Source: Rhynchobatus australiae (Eukaryota). From it: 64,000 nucleotides of DNA. The stretch's first letter is position 1. Each line of letters starts with the position of its first letter. Shown one piece after another: positions 1 through 40,984 of this stretch. Location of the stretch: contig JAUZTB010000069.1 of NCBI GenBank assembly GCA_034780895.1, positions 5,825,870-5,889,869 of the forward strand. The letters run 5' to 3'. Below the pieces are notes generated by a model. The model did not search any database and had not been told where the DNA came from. It saw only the letters and a list, made by a program, of their open reading frames with translations. The position numbers and the translations under genes were made by a program.

Positions 1-28390
<28,390 letters not shown>

Positions 28391-30900
28391 TGCAGAACAC
28401 CACCTGCATGACAGACTGTTAGGAAAAGTGAAAAGATTTGCACCAACTGTTTGTGGGAGGGGAGCTGAAGACTGAATCTTCTCCTCTTGTATAATACATG
28501 TACATACTGTGGAGACATTTAAATGAAAAAGAACAACTAGATTCAGTGGATCTTTACCAAAATTAACAATCAGATTTACTAACAGGTCTTTATATTACTG
28601 TCAGCAATGCGAAAAGGGACCACACTTTTTCAGGTATTTCAGAATTTGAAACTGTACTGTAAGCAAATGACACCCTTTCCCTTCTGTTATTCTGGTCTGC
28701 ATGAATTCTCAACTGAGGCCTTAAACAAGTGTTGATTTGATTTCATTTCATTTACCACACCCACCCCAACCCCTCAACAATTTTATAAAAGAATCAGCAA
28801 CTTGTGGCTTAATTTTTTTTTCATGAGGAGGTGGTTCTTTTTCTAGAGTATCCAGTCCAAACTTTCAGGGAAACTTGCATTTGACTGAACAAATTAAGTT
28901 TCCTTGAAAGTATTACACTGCAGAAATGCAACATGCCTGAACTGGAGGTAAAGAACCAACAAGTCTATCATTCTATCTGAAGAAGTCACCTTTTTGCGTT
29001 GCTTCAAAATGTTTTTGGGCCTTCCAATAAATTATTTCCAAAGTCTGGGCTTTTCTTTAAGCAAGCTGATATACCTGACATTGTAACCTTTATTGGCATC
29101 TGTTTTAAGTGTTAACATTTAACCAACCTGTTAGTAAAGCAGCATAGGACTCTACTGTTTTGTTGCTGGGGTCTTTATAAACCTAATTCATACAATGAAG
29201 CTTTTTGGAGATAATTTTACAAGGTTGTCTGTTTCACAGTTTGAGGAAGAGCAAAATCGAAGTGCTGGTTCTCAGTATTTCCAGTTCTTAAACTAGTTTC
29301 CTTATTGTGTGGCAAATTGTAGATTCAGAAACAAAAATGAATCTGAGACTCTGGCCTCTGAATAAGGGATCCAGTTTTAGTCAGGGAGTACAGAGGCTGC
29401 TCTCCCACAGTCCAAACTTGGCAAGGTATGTAGTAAAAGCAGCAATGAAATGTTGAACTCTCACCTGCAATTGAATTTCAACCTTGACTGCTGTTTGAAC
29501 TCCCTTATTCTCATGAAGGTTTTTTCCCTCTGTATAATCGACTGGGGTGCAAGGACCATTCATGCCTCACAGAAGCACACCTCTTCATCTCCTGGAGTAC
29601 ACGAGGAAATTTGCAACCATGACTGCCGTGGCTGAGAGAGATGAAAATTTGAGTGGAAGACCAGCAAAAATCACTTCAATCCCTTACAGCAGCTGAGACT
29701 TCCAGTTGACAGCAGTGCCTTTGTCGACAGTGAGAGTTAACATTTAACGGCCAACGTGAATGGACAGCCATACATGACTTGAGCTTCACCTTTACAAAGC
29801 CGGTTCTAATAAATAGTCAGAAGGCATTGGGACTTGTCCAGAACAGTTTCCAGATCAAACTTCAAAACTGCAGTGAGTCAGATGTTGATTGTTAGGATAT
29901 ATAAATGGCAAGGTATGATAAGAATTTAAATTATTGAATTTTAGGTTGCATTATAAATGGCTCATGTGGTAGGATTAAATAATGGCAGCTCCAATAAGTT
30001 AAGACTGATTTGTTGTTTTATTTCTTATATATATTAAAAAAAAAGGGATCATTACTCAATGGGTGGATGAATAGTAATATTAATGTAAGTTCATCTGATT
30101 TTGCATATTTTTAGAAAATAAAGTAACTTAAGAGAAGATGGTCTCCATTGTGCTGATCCAAAACCAGCCTAATGTAAACCTGCCATCATATCAGGTCCAC
30201 AGGCCAGCAAAGACCTTGGATGATTATGTGAGTCTGTCCATTGCCGGCTGTTGTGAATTATTGAATGGCATCCTTCCTAATCTTGGATACCTGTCCTCAC
30301 TTGAGACTTGTTCCTAGCACATCTGCAATGATACTGTTTCAGTCTGGGTCAAGGATTTGGAATGGTGAATACCATAGGGATAGGCTGTTTCATACCTCAA
30401 CATACCTGCTCCCAAGGAGGAAAGACCTAAAGAGTAAGTACTTTCCCTCCAACCCTTGCAACTCACCATTTTCTTAGACTGAAAATGTTGGACTCCTCCA
30501 TGTTTAATTGTTAATTATCTGAATTTAGTTTGGGGGGGGGGGGGGTGAGATTGCAAAATCTATAATGTTNNNNNNNNNNNNNNNNNNNNNNNNNNNNNNN
30601 NNNNNNNNNNNNNNNNNNNNNNNNNNNNNNNNNNNNNNNNNNNNNNNNNNNNNNNNNNNNNNNNNNNNNAGAGCAAAATCTATAATGTTCTAACTGTATG
30701 TATATTCGATGTGGGAATAGATATTTTAGTGTGTCAGTCTGGAGTAAAACAACATCCTGAATATTCACCATTATAGTCTTGAAGAAATGGAACGCTTCAT
30801 ATCAACACAACTAGGATCCGTGTGACAAAATCTTAGCTAGCTCCTACAATCTTTTTAAATCTTTGCAATAAAAAGAAATTCCTGGAATGAATCTTAACGT
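28391..30900 (+). other. GAPVD1: GAPVD1 3' UTR (end uncertain) with several candidate polyA signals
   Basis: Repeat-poor AT-rich sequence after the stop; AATAAA at about 29025, 29808, 30117 and 30867. Which one is used cannot be determined from sequence. Confidence 0.55.
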
Positions 30901-33478
30901 GCATCTGCACACTTTAGTTAACCAGTTGACATGTTGAAAGATTTGATGTTGGATATAGTCAACGGTATTAAAGCCATATACCTGAGTGATTTAAAAAAAA
31001 ATAAAACAAAGTCTATTCACCTGATTATAGCCATGAGTTATTCATTTTTCTCTGCTTATTATAAGAAAAACTTTCAGCCAACCCTACACAGGTAATCACT
31101 GTTCAAGTTGAGTTGAAATGACTTACCAAAAACAAGTTCTATCTTAACTTTATATTTATTTGGTGTAATTAAGTTTGCGTGTTAAGTGTCCAGCTATAAT
31201 GTACTAGTTAACACCAATAGAAGGCTACATGATCAAATGGCATTTCTGAATATTTCTAATCTTGGGTTACTCATCGGGGAGTCTGAATTCCTGCCACTGG
31301 TGGTGTTCAGCCTGATGGTGTTAGAAAACTGGAAAAAGTAATTTACGTATACTCCCAGCCGTGGAGTATTAATGCAGTTGGTATTATATGTAGGCATGGG
31401 GCGTCTGAATTGATAACCTGAACAAAATTGCTAGCAGTACCTAATTTGGCACAAAAATGCTTTACAGATCAGTTAATTGGAGAAACTGGGATGCAGAAGG
31501 GAATAGCTTTTCTCAAAAACAAGCTCCTTTTGGCTTAGTCAGTGTTACGTTTCCCTGGTGTTGCCGACCATAGTCTCGGCATCATTGGGGTACACTGCAG
31601 GATAGTGTATGGATTATGTATCGTCATGCTGGGTTCTTAATGGGTATAGAGGGAAGGTGCAGTTGAAGGGGTGCTTGCTTCCACTAAAGACTAATTGGCT
31701 GAAACAACGATGTGTTTTGCAGTTGCACTTTGAAATAATTGTAAGACATTAATGTTTTTATGTTTTCCTCACCGTAAAGAAACTTTGAGGAAAGAAATTT
31801 AAGTATAAACAATGGTGTTTAGGGATTGGAATTTATTTATTTTACAATTAAACTTTATGAAAACTGAATTGTCAACTATTTATTTTTAATGTGCTTTCTC
31901 TGCGGGTTCATTCTGAGTTACCTTTTTATGTTTTAAATTTTGAAGTATGATCTTAAAGATTTGAAGCCTTTCACATCATTTGCTTAGATAACTTGTATTT
32001 GAGGCATTAATTGTATCCATGGAGATTTTGAAATGTATGGAAGCTACCACTTGCATATAATGTAAATTATTTGAAAAAGAAGAAAAATCACAACTGCTTT
32101 AATCAAACACAATCTTATACTGACAAGCGCATAGACCCAGAAAATACGCAAGTGAGGACCAAACATCACATCATTAATGTTCTGAAACATCGGGAATGGA
32201 CAAATGATTTTCTGCAGTTAGCAGCTAGGAACTTAGAAGGGACTGTTATATTGAGAAGTTAACCTATGCTAACTAATACTGTGTTTTGTTTGTTAACTGC
32301 ATCACCTGTATTACTGCCTCTTTGAAACTGTTAGAGATTTTACAAAGCTTAAGTTAATGAGCTTGCACAATCTTGCACACAGGAAAAATGTATACTGTCT
32401 TTAAGGAGATTAATGTAATATATCAATCCATAATGCTAATTAAAGGGAGCCGTTTATCCCATTGTTTGTGTCTGCTGGTGAATTTGGTTCTTGCCATTCT
32501 GAAGAATTCAGTTTTAATTCTCTCTATGCAATGTAAGTGGTCTTCAAATTGTACAGCACATNNNNNNNNNNNNNNNNNNNNNNNNNNNNNNNNNNNNNNN
32601 NNNNNNNNNNNNNNNNNNNNNNNNNNNNNNNNNNNNNNNNNNNNNNNNNNNNNNNNNNNNNNNNNNNNNNNNNNNNNNNNNNNNNNNNNNNNNNNNNNNN
32701 NNNNNNNNNNNNNNNNNNNNNNNNNNNNNNNNNNNNNNNNNNNNNNNNNNNNNNNNNNNNNNNNNNNNNNNNNNNNNNNNNNNNNNNNNNNNNNNNNNNN
32801 NNNNNNNNNNNNNNNNNNNNNNNNNNNNNNNNNNNNNNNNNNNNNNNNNNNNNNNNNNNNNNNNNNNNNNNNNNNNNNNNNNNNNNNNNNNNNNNNNNNN
32901 NNNNNNNNNNNNNNNNNNNNNNNNNNNNNNNNNNNNNNNNNNNNNNNNNNNNNNNNNNNNNNNNNNNNNNNNNNNNNNNNNNNNNNNNNNNNNNNNNNNN
33001 NNNNNNNNNNNNNNNNNNNNNNNNNNNNNNNNNNNNNNNNNNNNNNNNNNNNNNNNNNNNNNNNNNNNNNNNNNNNNNNNNNNNNNNNNNNNNNNNNNNN
33101 NNNNNNNNNNNNNNNNNNNNNNNNNNNNNNNNNNNNNNNNNNNNNNNNNNNNNNNNNNNNNNNNNNNNNNNNNNNNNNNNNNNNNNNNNNNNNNNNNNNN
33201 NNNNNNNNNNNNNNNNNNNNNNNNNNNNNNNNNNNNNNNNNNNNNNNNNNNNNNNNNNNNNNNNNNNNNNNNNNNNNNNNNNNNNNNNNNNNNNNNNNNN
33301 NNNNNNNNNNNNNNNNNNNNNNNNNNNNNNNNNNNNNNNNNNNNNNNNNNNNNNNNNNNNNNNNNNNNNNNNNNNNNNNNNNNNNNNNNNNNNNNNNNNN
33401 NNNNNNNNNNNNNNNNNNNNNNNNNNNNNNNNNNNNNNNNNNNNNNNNNNNNNNNNNNNNNNNNNNNNNNNNNNNNNN

Positions 33479-33835
33479 CACAGGTGCAATGAAAAACTTA
33501 CTTGCAGCAGCATCACAGGCACATAGCATCAGATAAGTGGCATTCACAAGAAAAAGAACATAATTTTTACAAGAAAGAACACAATTTAGAACAAAAAAGT
33601 CCAACCTAGTGCAAAGTGGTCATGGCGTTGTTATTACTGAGGTAGTGATTAGGGTTGTGCCGGTTGGTTCAAGACCCAGATGGTTAAGGTGGAATAGCTG
33701 TTCTTGAACCTGGTGGTATGGGACTAGAGGCTTCTGTACCTTCTGCCTGATGATAGCTGCAGGAAGATGGCATGGCCCAGATGGTGGGGACCTTTCTTTA
33801 TAGATGTTCCCTTCTTGAGGCAGCACCTTGTAGCA
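33479..33835 (-). mobile_element. Rex1/Babar-type LINE 3' fragment
   Basis: The minus strand decodes to ...PHHLGHAIFLQLSSGRRYRSL*SHTTRFKNSY..., a Rex1-like ORF C-terminus; related copies at 43700-43975, 56310-56830 and 60889-61205. Confidence 0.7.
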
Positions 33836-34890
33836 TTCATATTCAGCATTCTGAAGGGACAGTTCCTTCTGCAACATCCTGTTCTTCGCCTCCATAACAT
33901 TAGCTAGAGACAATGTACCACCCTCAGGACTCTGCATTGGATTCAAACATTTCAGAGAACGAGCCTTTTCCATCTATATCTGAACTGGTGAATTCTGATG
34001 AAACATCAGAGTGAAATGTTAACTTTTTCTCCACAGGTGCTGCCTGACCTGAGTATTTCCAGCATTTACCAGCCATTGTGGGTGTGATTCTTTTACGGGC
34101 TCCTCTCAGCCTCAGAACATTGCTAAATTCAGGACAGATGCATGCTCTTTTGTCAGCATCTGTCTCATCTCTTCACTCAATGGTGCCTTGTTACTGAAAT
34201 CGAATTTTCATGTAGATTGTGGACTCTGGCCTGTGTTTACCTTCTGAAGCAGACCAGTGTTGTCCATTCATGCCGGGGATTAAACCTGTGAGCTACCTAG
34301 TCTAATATTGAAAGCAGAAAATGCTTAACACTCAACAGGTCAGGAAGCATCTACAGGGTGCAGATCAGTTGACATTCCAGGTTGATGACCTTTCATTAGA
34401 AATGGGAGTTGTAACAATTTCTTCAAGGAAGCAGAGATTTCTGGTCTGCTTATCATGCAGCTTAACAGGAAGCTGCCCTCAACACCCGTGGGGTGAAAAC
34501 TCCGATGTAGTTCAGCCTGTGTTTTCTCCCCTCCTGTTGAGACAGCTGGTTTTTGGCTATATAGACACCTACTAAATCAAAGACTGATAGAGATCAAGAA
34601 CTGAGTTTACACAATGCCCTGCCCTATAACTCTTTTGAGAGTCTGTTTGAGCACCTGTGGGCTGTTCTTAAAATAATGCCGAATTCCAAAGCAAAATACA
34701 CAAAGCATTATGGATCATAAATAATCCAGCTGAAACCAACTGGATTTCCTTTTTTTCAGAGACTAGGCTTAAATTGTCTGTCTACATAAAGGTTGACAAA
34801 TTTTATCATCATTTGACTGAATATTCCCAATCAGTTTAAACCAAAATACTTGCATTTCAGCTCATTCACGTAGCCACAAAAACTTCACTT

Positions 34891-35245
34891 AGCATAGTGG
34901 TTAGCACGATGCTATTACAGCGCCAGCGACCCGGGTTCGATTCCCGCCGCTGCCTGTAAGGAGTTCGTACGTTCTCCCGTGTCTGTGTGGGTTTCCTCCG
35001 GGTGCTCCGGTTTCCTCCCACATTCCAAAGACGTACAGGTAGNNNNNNNNNNNNNNNNNNNNNNNNNNNNNNNNNNNNNNNNNNNNNNNNNNNNNNNNNN
35101 NNNNNNNNNNNNNNNNNNNNNNNNNNNNNNNNNNNNNNNNNNTCCTCCCACATTCCAAAGACGTACAGGTAGGTTAATTTGGGATTTAAAAAATGGGCAG
35201 TGTGGACTCGTTGGGCTGGAAGGGCCTGTTACCATGCTGTAAGTA
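34891..35245 (+). mobile_element. Young HE1/V-SINE-type SINE
   Basis: A-box/B-box head (tagtggttagc...ggttcgattccc), core gtgggtttcctccgggtgctccggtttcctcccaca, CR1-like 3' end (gaagggcctgtt) and A/T-rich tail; CpGs preserved. Confidence 0.88.
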
Positions 35246-37744
35246 AAATTTTAAAAAAAATTAATTTTTAAAAAAAATAGGATTTTAAATTTTTTTTGTA
35301 TGTTGCTTTCCTGGAATAAAATTGCAGTTCAGCTCTATCACCATAAGATGGCAGGTTTGGCCTGCTCAATGATACTCTGGTCACTCATGGACTTAATTTT
35401 ACTTGGACATTTTTTTCATGTTTTCATGGAACAAGATCTGTCGAACTGGAGGCTTTCCAAGTATTTTCTTGCTTTCCTGGGCATGCAGTGTGATTGCTTC
35501 AGACAAACATTAAACAAAGATTCGTTATGCAGCTGGATATTCGTGAGCATAGGCTGGAGAGATTGATGGGCTTCCTGTGGTTCTGTTGATATGCTTGAAG
35601 TAATTTTGTGAATGGCACAGGGTTACACTACCCTCTCAATGTAAACATTTGGCGAACTACAAAGATCCATTTAAGGCAAAGTCAGATAAACATAAGGCAG
35701 AAAGAAATAGAAGGATATGCAGATAAGGTGAGGTGGGGGAAGGAGGGGTGAGGAAGCTTTTGTGGAGCACAATCCAGCTGTCCTAAATGTCTTGCATGTG
35801 TGTGTGTAGTACCTGAAGGTCAAATACAACTTCATTACACGCTCCACCTTGTAATGGCTTTTAATCGCAGCAGTGCTGTTGAGGGAAGCCAGAATTGTAG
35901 GATCCCTACCTACAACAGTGTGGATTTGCACACCATATTTTTAATGTTGCAAGCATCCATCCGTAGGAGGTGATTAAGGTGCAGCTGGATCAATAGGAAA
36001 AATTTTAAAGTTTCTTTAAGATTATGTGATGTTGTGGTTTACAAAGTTTTGGTCAGAAAGATCAGGATTGCAAAAGAAAACCTGGATCTGGAGGTCAATG
36101 GATGCAGGACTGGGGACAATGGTGGCAATGGACTGAACTGAGGATTTAAAATTTATTGCATAAGAGACAGGAGATGGGTGAGCTGGGAGGTTCAGGTACG
36201 GGCTACAGGTATCCAGTTGGCTAAATTGGAGTTTGAGTGGTTAGGTGAGCAAGGATTAAAAAAAAGATAATGGAACCTGACTGGGGTGGGGTATGGGAGG
36301 AGGGTGCAGTGAGTAGCTGGTGAAGGTGGCTGCTGTTCCAAAACAATTGCTTCAGTCTTGCTGATCAGCTGCAGGAGCCATTGACTCACCTATGACCAGA
36401 TGATGGTTCAACAGGATGTGATTTCCCCGTAGCTGGTTCATGTGGTGAATTGAAGCAACATGTGAGAGTTCAATGTGGAGTTGTTGCAGAGCCAGAAAGG
36501 CAGAAACATAAAATTATGTTGATTTTGCACCTTTTGTTGGTAAAGTATAAGATGCTTCATATTTTGCACAAATCTTAAAACCTTCAATCGACATGTATTT
36601 TTAACATTTGATTATAAGGNNNNNNNNNNNNNNATCTTTCTTTAAAATTCCTTTAGACACACTAGCTCCCCTGCTCAACCCAGAGTGGGGCTGGTATCTC
36701 TGGACCTCGTTCTGTCATGGTAGGGCTGAGCTTTCTCCAAATTGTTGGACAGGACTTTAGTGGTGTGGGTGAGGGATGAGATGGTATATATTTTGAGAAC
36801 TGGCAAATCAAGTTATTTCTATAAGCAGGAGATCACTGAAGCTAGCCACCTCTGGTTCAGTTTATTTCTTTTTCTCTTGCAATTGGCTCGAGTAAACCTG
36901 TCCAGCACTCGTGAAGTGATACTGACGCCTGGGTAAGTGAGATTTCTTGGAGCAAGAAATGGAGTGCTCATCTCCCAAGCAAAGAGTCAAAGGTTTGCAG
37001 CCGGGAGCTCAGATTTGTCTGCCTCGGGTGGTTGAGTTTAATCAGTTCTTGGCTGGGTCACCACCCAGTAGCCAGGCATTTCACTTCATGGGGCAGACTT
37101 GGAAAAACAGACACTCGTTTAGATTCCTTCATGAATAATCAGTGCTGATCAGAAAATTGCATAAATTAAGAGTTATGGAGAAGCTCGGATGCTGCTGGTT
37201 GAAGGAAGTTGTAAAGTATAGCCTGCAAACCAGGACCAGAGAGAGAATAAATGGGAACCAATTAAATACACAGCAGCGAATACAGAATTTTTATGTTAGT
37301 GGATGTCTAATCAGATCAGCTAGATATTAATCTTGACAGGAGACAGTAATGTGCACGAACACATTTGAAAAGCAACAAACTTGTGGAAGGGCCTTCAAGC
37401 TGTCACTTTTAAACCATGCAATATTTAAATTCTGGTCAGTGCTACATTTTGAGTCTTTAATCCATGTCCAGCTGTTGGCATCAAACAGCTGAAGGCTTTA
37501 CAAAAATAGGAGCTGTGGTGATCTTTGTCCGTCAGACTGAAACACAAACCAAGTGGTTGTGCTACCTGTGCACAAGTGCTTCAATCACATTTGCTCCACA
37601 CTAACGAAGATTTAAATACCTAATAAGGGGGCTGTCTTTGCAAGCTATCGGAAACCGTACTTTCTCACCTGTGGTATGAATATTATTAATTACAACTCCT
37701 TGTTTAAGATTCTGTCGTCAGAGTCACTAACTTGATGTGAAATT

Positions 37745-38020
37745 ATTGGTTTATTATTGTCACTTGTACTGAGGTACAGTGAAAAACTTGTCTTGCGTAC
37801 TGTTCATACAGATCAGTTCACTACACAGTGCAGATACACTGAGTTAGTACAGAGAGCATTGAGGTAGTTCAGGTAAAAACAAACTAACAAAGTGTCACAG
37901 CTACGGGGCAGTGCAGTGCATGTAGACAATAAGGTGCAAAGTCACAACAAGGTAGATTGTGAGGTCAAGAGTCCATCTCAATGTATAAGGATGGACTCTG
38001 GCCTCACAATCTACCTTGTG
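37745..38020 (-). mobile_element. Dispersed LINE-tail/SINE-like repeat (attggtttattattgtcac... family, probably a Rex1-related 3' UTR)
   Basis: A closely similar block of about 200-250 nt recurs at 23888, 39050, 58898 and 59455, and inverted at 47790-48005. Confidence 0.75.
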
Positions 38021-40422
38021 CAATGGGTGGTTGGGGCAGTGCTGCCACACTTCCGGGTGTGAAGAGGAGAAAGAGGGAGCCTGTTACCTCCACTCAATTT
38101 TGTCTGGCTTCACCATGGCAAAAAAGGAAATTTTACAACAGAAAATGCTGGNNNNNNNNNNNNNNNNNNNNNNNNNNNGTGGAGAGAGAAATGGCCAACA
38201 TTTCAGGTTGAATTTTCCCAACATTTCCTATTTTTATTTCCGATTTCCAGCACTGGCAGTTTTTAAACTTTTATTTACAGGCATTAACTGATTTTGAAAT
38301 GTGTCCTTAATGACCATTTTCTTCCAGGGATATACGCGAGTAGCACCTCTGGAAGTAAAACGCGCATCTATTGTAGCAGATAAATATTTAATCCTTTATC
38401 CAGACCCAATAAAAAGGTTCGGCTTAAAAATAAAATGTGACTTTCACTCAGTGACCCACGAGAAAGCGTGTCAATTTCAACAAATTTTACAACTTTTCCT
38501 GTTTGTTTAAAATAAAAATTGCACGAAATGTTTCTCTGGTGAAATCCTCTTGCTCTTTTCAGGCTCCTTGCTGCTTTATGATCAATTGTCAGGAGGTGTC
38601 ATTCGAGCAGATGTCAATGTGCCCCATCCTCACAAGCTATTGCAGCTTTAACATCTGGACAAATTCACCCAACTGAGACAGGTGAGTTAACAAGCACTGC
38701 TCGTAGGTCATCTATTTAATTTTAAGAGCCCAAGTTATTATGGCAGCTAATTACTGCTGCTACACTAAGCACCGTTGACATTCATTGATTTTTTTTTACT
38801 CATTTATGGGATGTAGGAGTCACTGGCAAGGCCAGCGTTTATTATCCATCCCCACTTAGACTCGGTGGTGTTGAGCTGCTGCAGTCAGGGCAGTGCTGTT
38901 GGGTAGGGAGCTTGTGTTAAGAACTGATGTGTTTCTGAGCCAGAGCTGTCTTGAGGAATTTGCAGTTGGTTCAGATTCAGATCAGCTTATTGTCATATAC
39001 ACCAGGGTGCAATGAAAGTCCTTGCGTGAAGCTCACAGAGTAAACAGTAAATTGGTTTATTATTGTCACATGTACAGAGGTCCGGTGAAAAACTTTGTTC
39101 TGCATGCCATCCATACAGATCACTTCATTACATCAGTGCATTGAGGTAGTACAAGGGAAAGCAATAACAGAATGCAGAATATGGTGTTACAGTTACTGAA
39201 AGTGTTACAGTATGTATGGTATTAATACAACAAATACAGCGATGAGTGCAAAGAGACATGGTAAAGTGGTAACATTTCCAATGTGTACGCTGCCCTTGTC
39301 CTTTGTGGTAGAAGATGAGGTTTTGAAAGCCTGAATAATAGTTTTGAAACTTTTATATTCTGCGAAAACTTAGGTCTGAACCCCAAATTAATTTTGTTCC
39401 ACACAAACACCAAGCCCCTGCAAGCTTTTGGTGCTGGTATGTCTTTAATCCAGCAGGTGGAGCTGGACTGAGGCTCCCACTGGATGTATGACCCACTCCG
39501 AATGTCGAGGTCTTTTACTCAGTAACCTCTGCAGTCATTTTCTTGTGTGGAAGTTCACGATTGTGGCCCTGTGGTTGGCAGTGGAAGTCGAGGCAAATCT
39601 GCTTCCTTTTATTCATTGAACCAGCAGAACAGTACAGCGCAGGAACAGGCCCTTCGGCCCAAGAACTCTATACTGTCTATCATATTGTGCATAATAAGTA
39701 AAATACACGGGCTGTGGTCACACCTAGTGGTTAAAATGGGATTAAATATTAATAGCCCGCTTGTTGCTGTCATTGTGTGTCCCAGCATTTCAAGTGCTTA
39801 GTGTTGGTGACCAGCCCTCAACAGATTGGAGGCAAAAAGGAACTAATCTGGTGGCAAGGTTCCAGTTTAAATCACTGCTGCTTCCAATCTGCTGTTTTGT
39901 ATCAGAATATTTAGATCCTTCACTTGGGAGGGTGTCAGAATGTCATTCATCTCTGATGCAATCTTTAATTGTTGCCACAATGCAGAGCACTAGTCAACAC
40001 CCCTGCAGATAAATGAGAGAGGAGAGCTGTGACCCTTTAATGAGGATTGTTGTACCACGAGCTCGCATCTTCTCTTCCAGCGATGAAATATTAAAGTATT
40101 GATTGTGCACATTCTTCCCCTCCTAAAAGCAGCTGATAGGCACTTGGGTAGTTGCATTTTTTATAAAAAACTTAGCAGGTTTGACGTACGAGCTCTGACC
40201 CACTGGCCCCTATCAGAATAAAAAAGGATGCAGTGATTAGATACATTTTATTCCTGTTGCTACCTGATGCCACTGCACTCTAAACTTAGAATAAGAAATT
40301 TGTCTTCTCTAGTTTAAAAGANNNNNNNNNNNNNNNNNNNNNNNNNNNNNNNNNNNNNNNNNNNNNNNNNNNNNNNNNNNNNNNNNNNNNNNNNNNNNNN
40401 NNNNNNNNNNNNNNNNNNNNNA

Positions 40423-40940
40423 GTTGGTCCCATTTGGCCCATATCCCTCTAGACCTTTCCTATCCAACTACCTGTTCAAATGTCTTCTAAATGTTATTGT
40501 ACCTGCCTCAACCACATCCTCTGGCAACTCATTCCGTCTAGGTATCACCCTCCGTGTGAAGACCCTCAAGTCCCTTCTAAATCTTTCCCTTCTCACCATC
40601 AACCTATGCCCTCTAGTTCTTGGTTCCCTCTCCCTGGGGAGAAAACTGTACATTCATCCTATCTCTGCCCCTCGTGAGGTTATACACCCTCAGTCTCCAA
40701 GGGCCAAAGTCCTACCCTGCCTAACGTCTCCCTATAACTCAGGCCTTCGAGTCCTGGCAACACCTCGTAAATCTCCTCTGCACTCTTTCCAGCTTAATGA
40801 TCCTTTCTTATGACAGGGTGACTAAACTGTGCATAAGATAACAAGTGTGGCCCCACCAACATCTTGTACAACTGCCACGTAATGTCCCAACTCCTGTACT
40901 CCGTGCCCTGAGTGATGCAGGCCCGTGTGTCAAACACCAC
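40423..40940 (-). mobile_element. CR1-type LINE 3' fragment
   Basis: ORF 40468..40653 reads ...PRTRGHRLMVRRERFRRDLRVFTRRVI...NELPEDVVEAGTITFRRHL. Confidence 0.85.
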
Positions 40941-40984
40941 CTTCACCACCCTGACTGCCTAAGGAGAGAGAAAACAGAGGGACA

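Noticed and set aside
32373-33604. Long ORFs of 330-390 aa in the ORF track (also 59935-61155, 10123-10492, 2116-2709)
   Set aside because: They are made mostly of X from N-gaps and are artefacts.
34891-34960. tRNA-like sequence with A and B boxes
   Set aside because: It is the head of an HE1/V-SINE and continues straight into the SINE core; it is not a tRNA gene.
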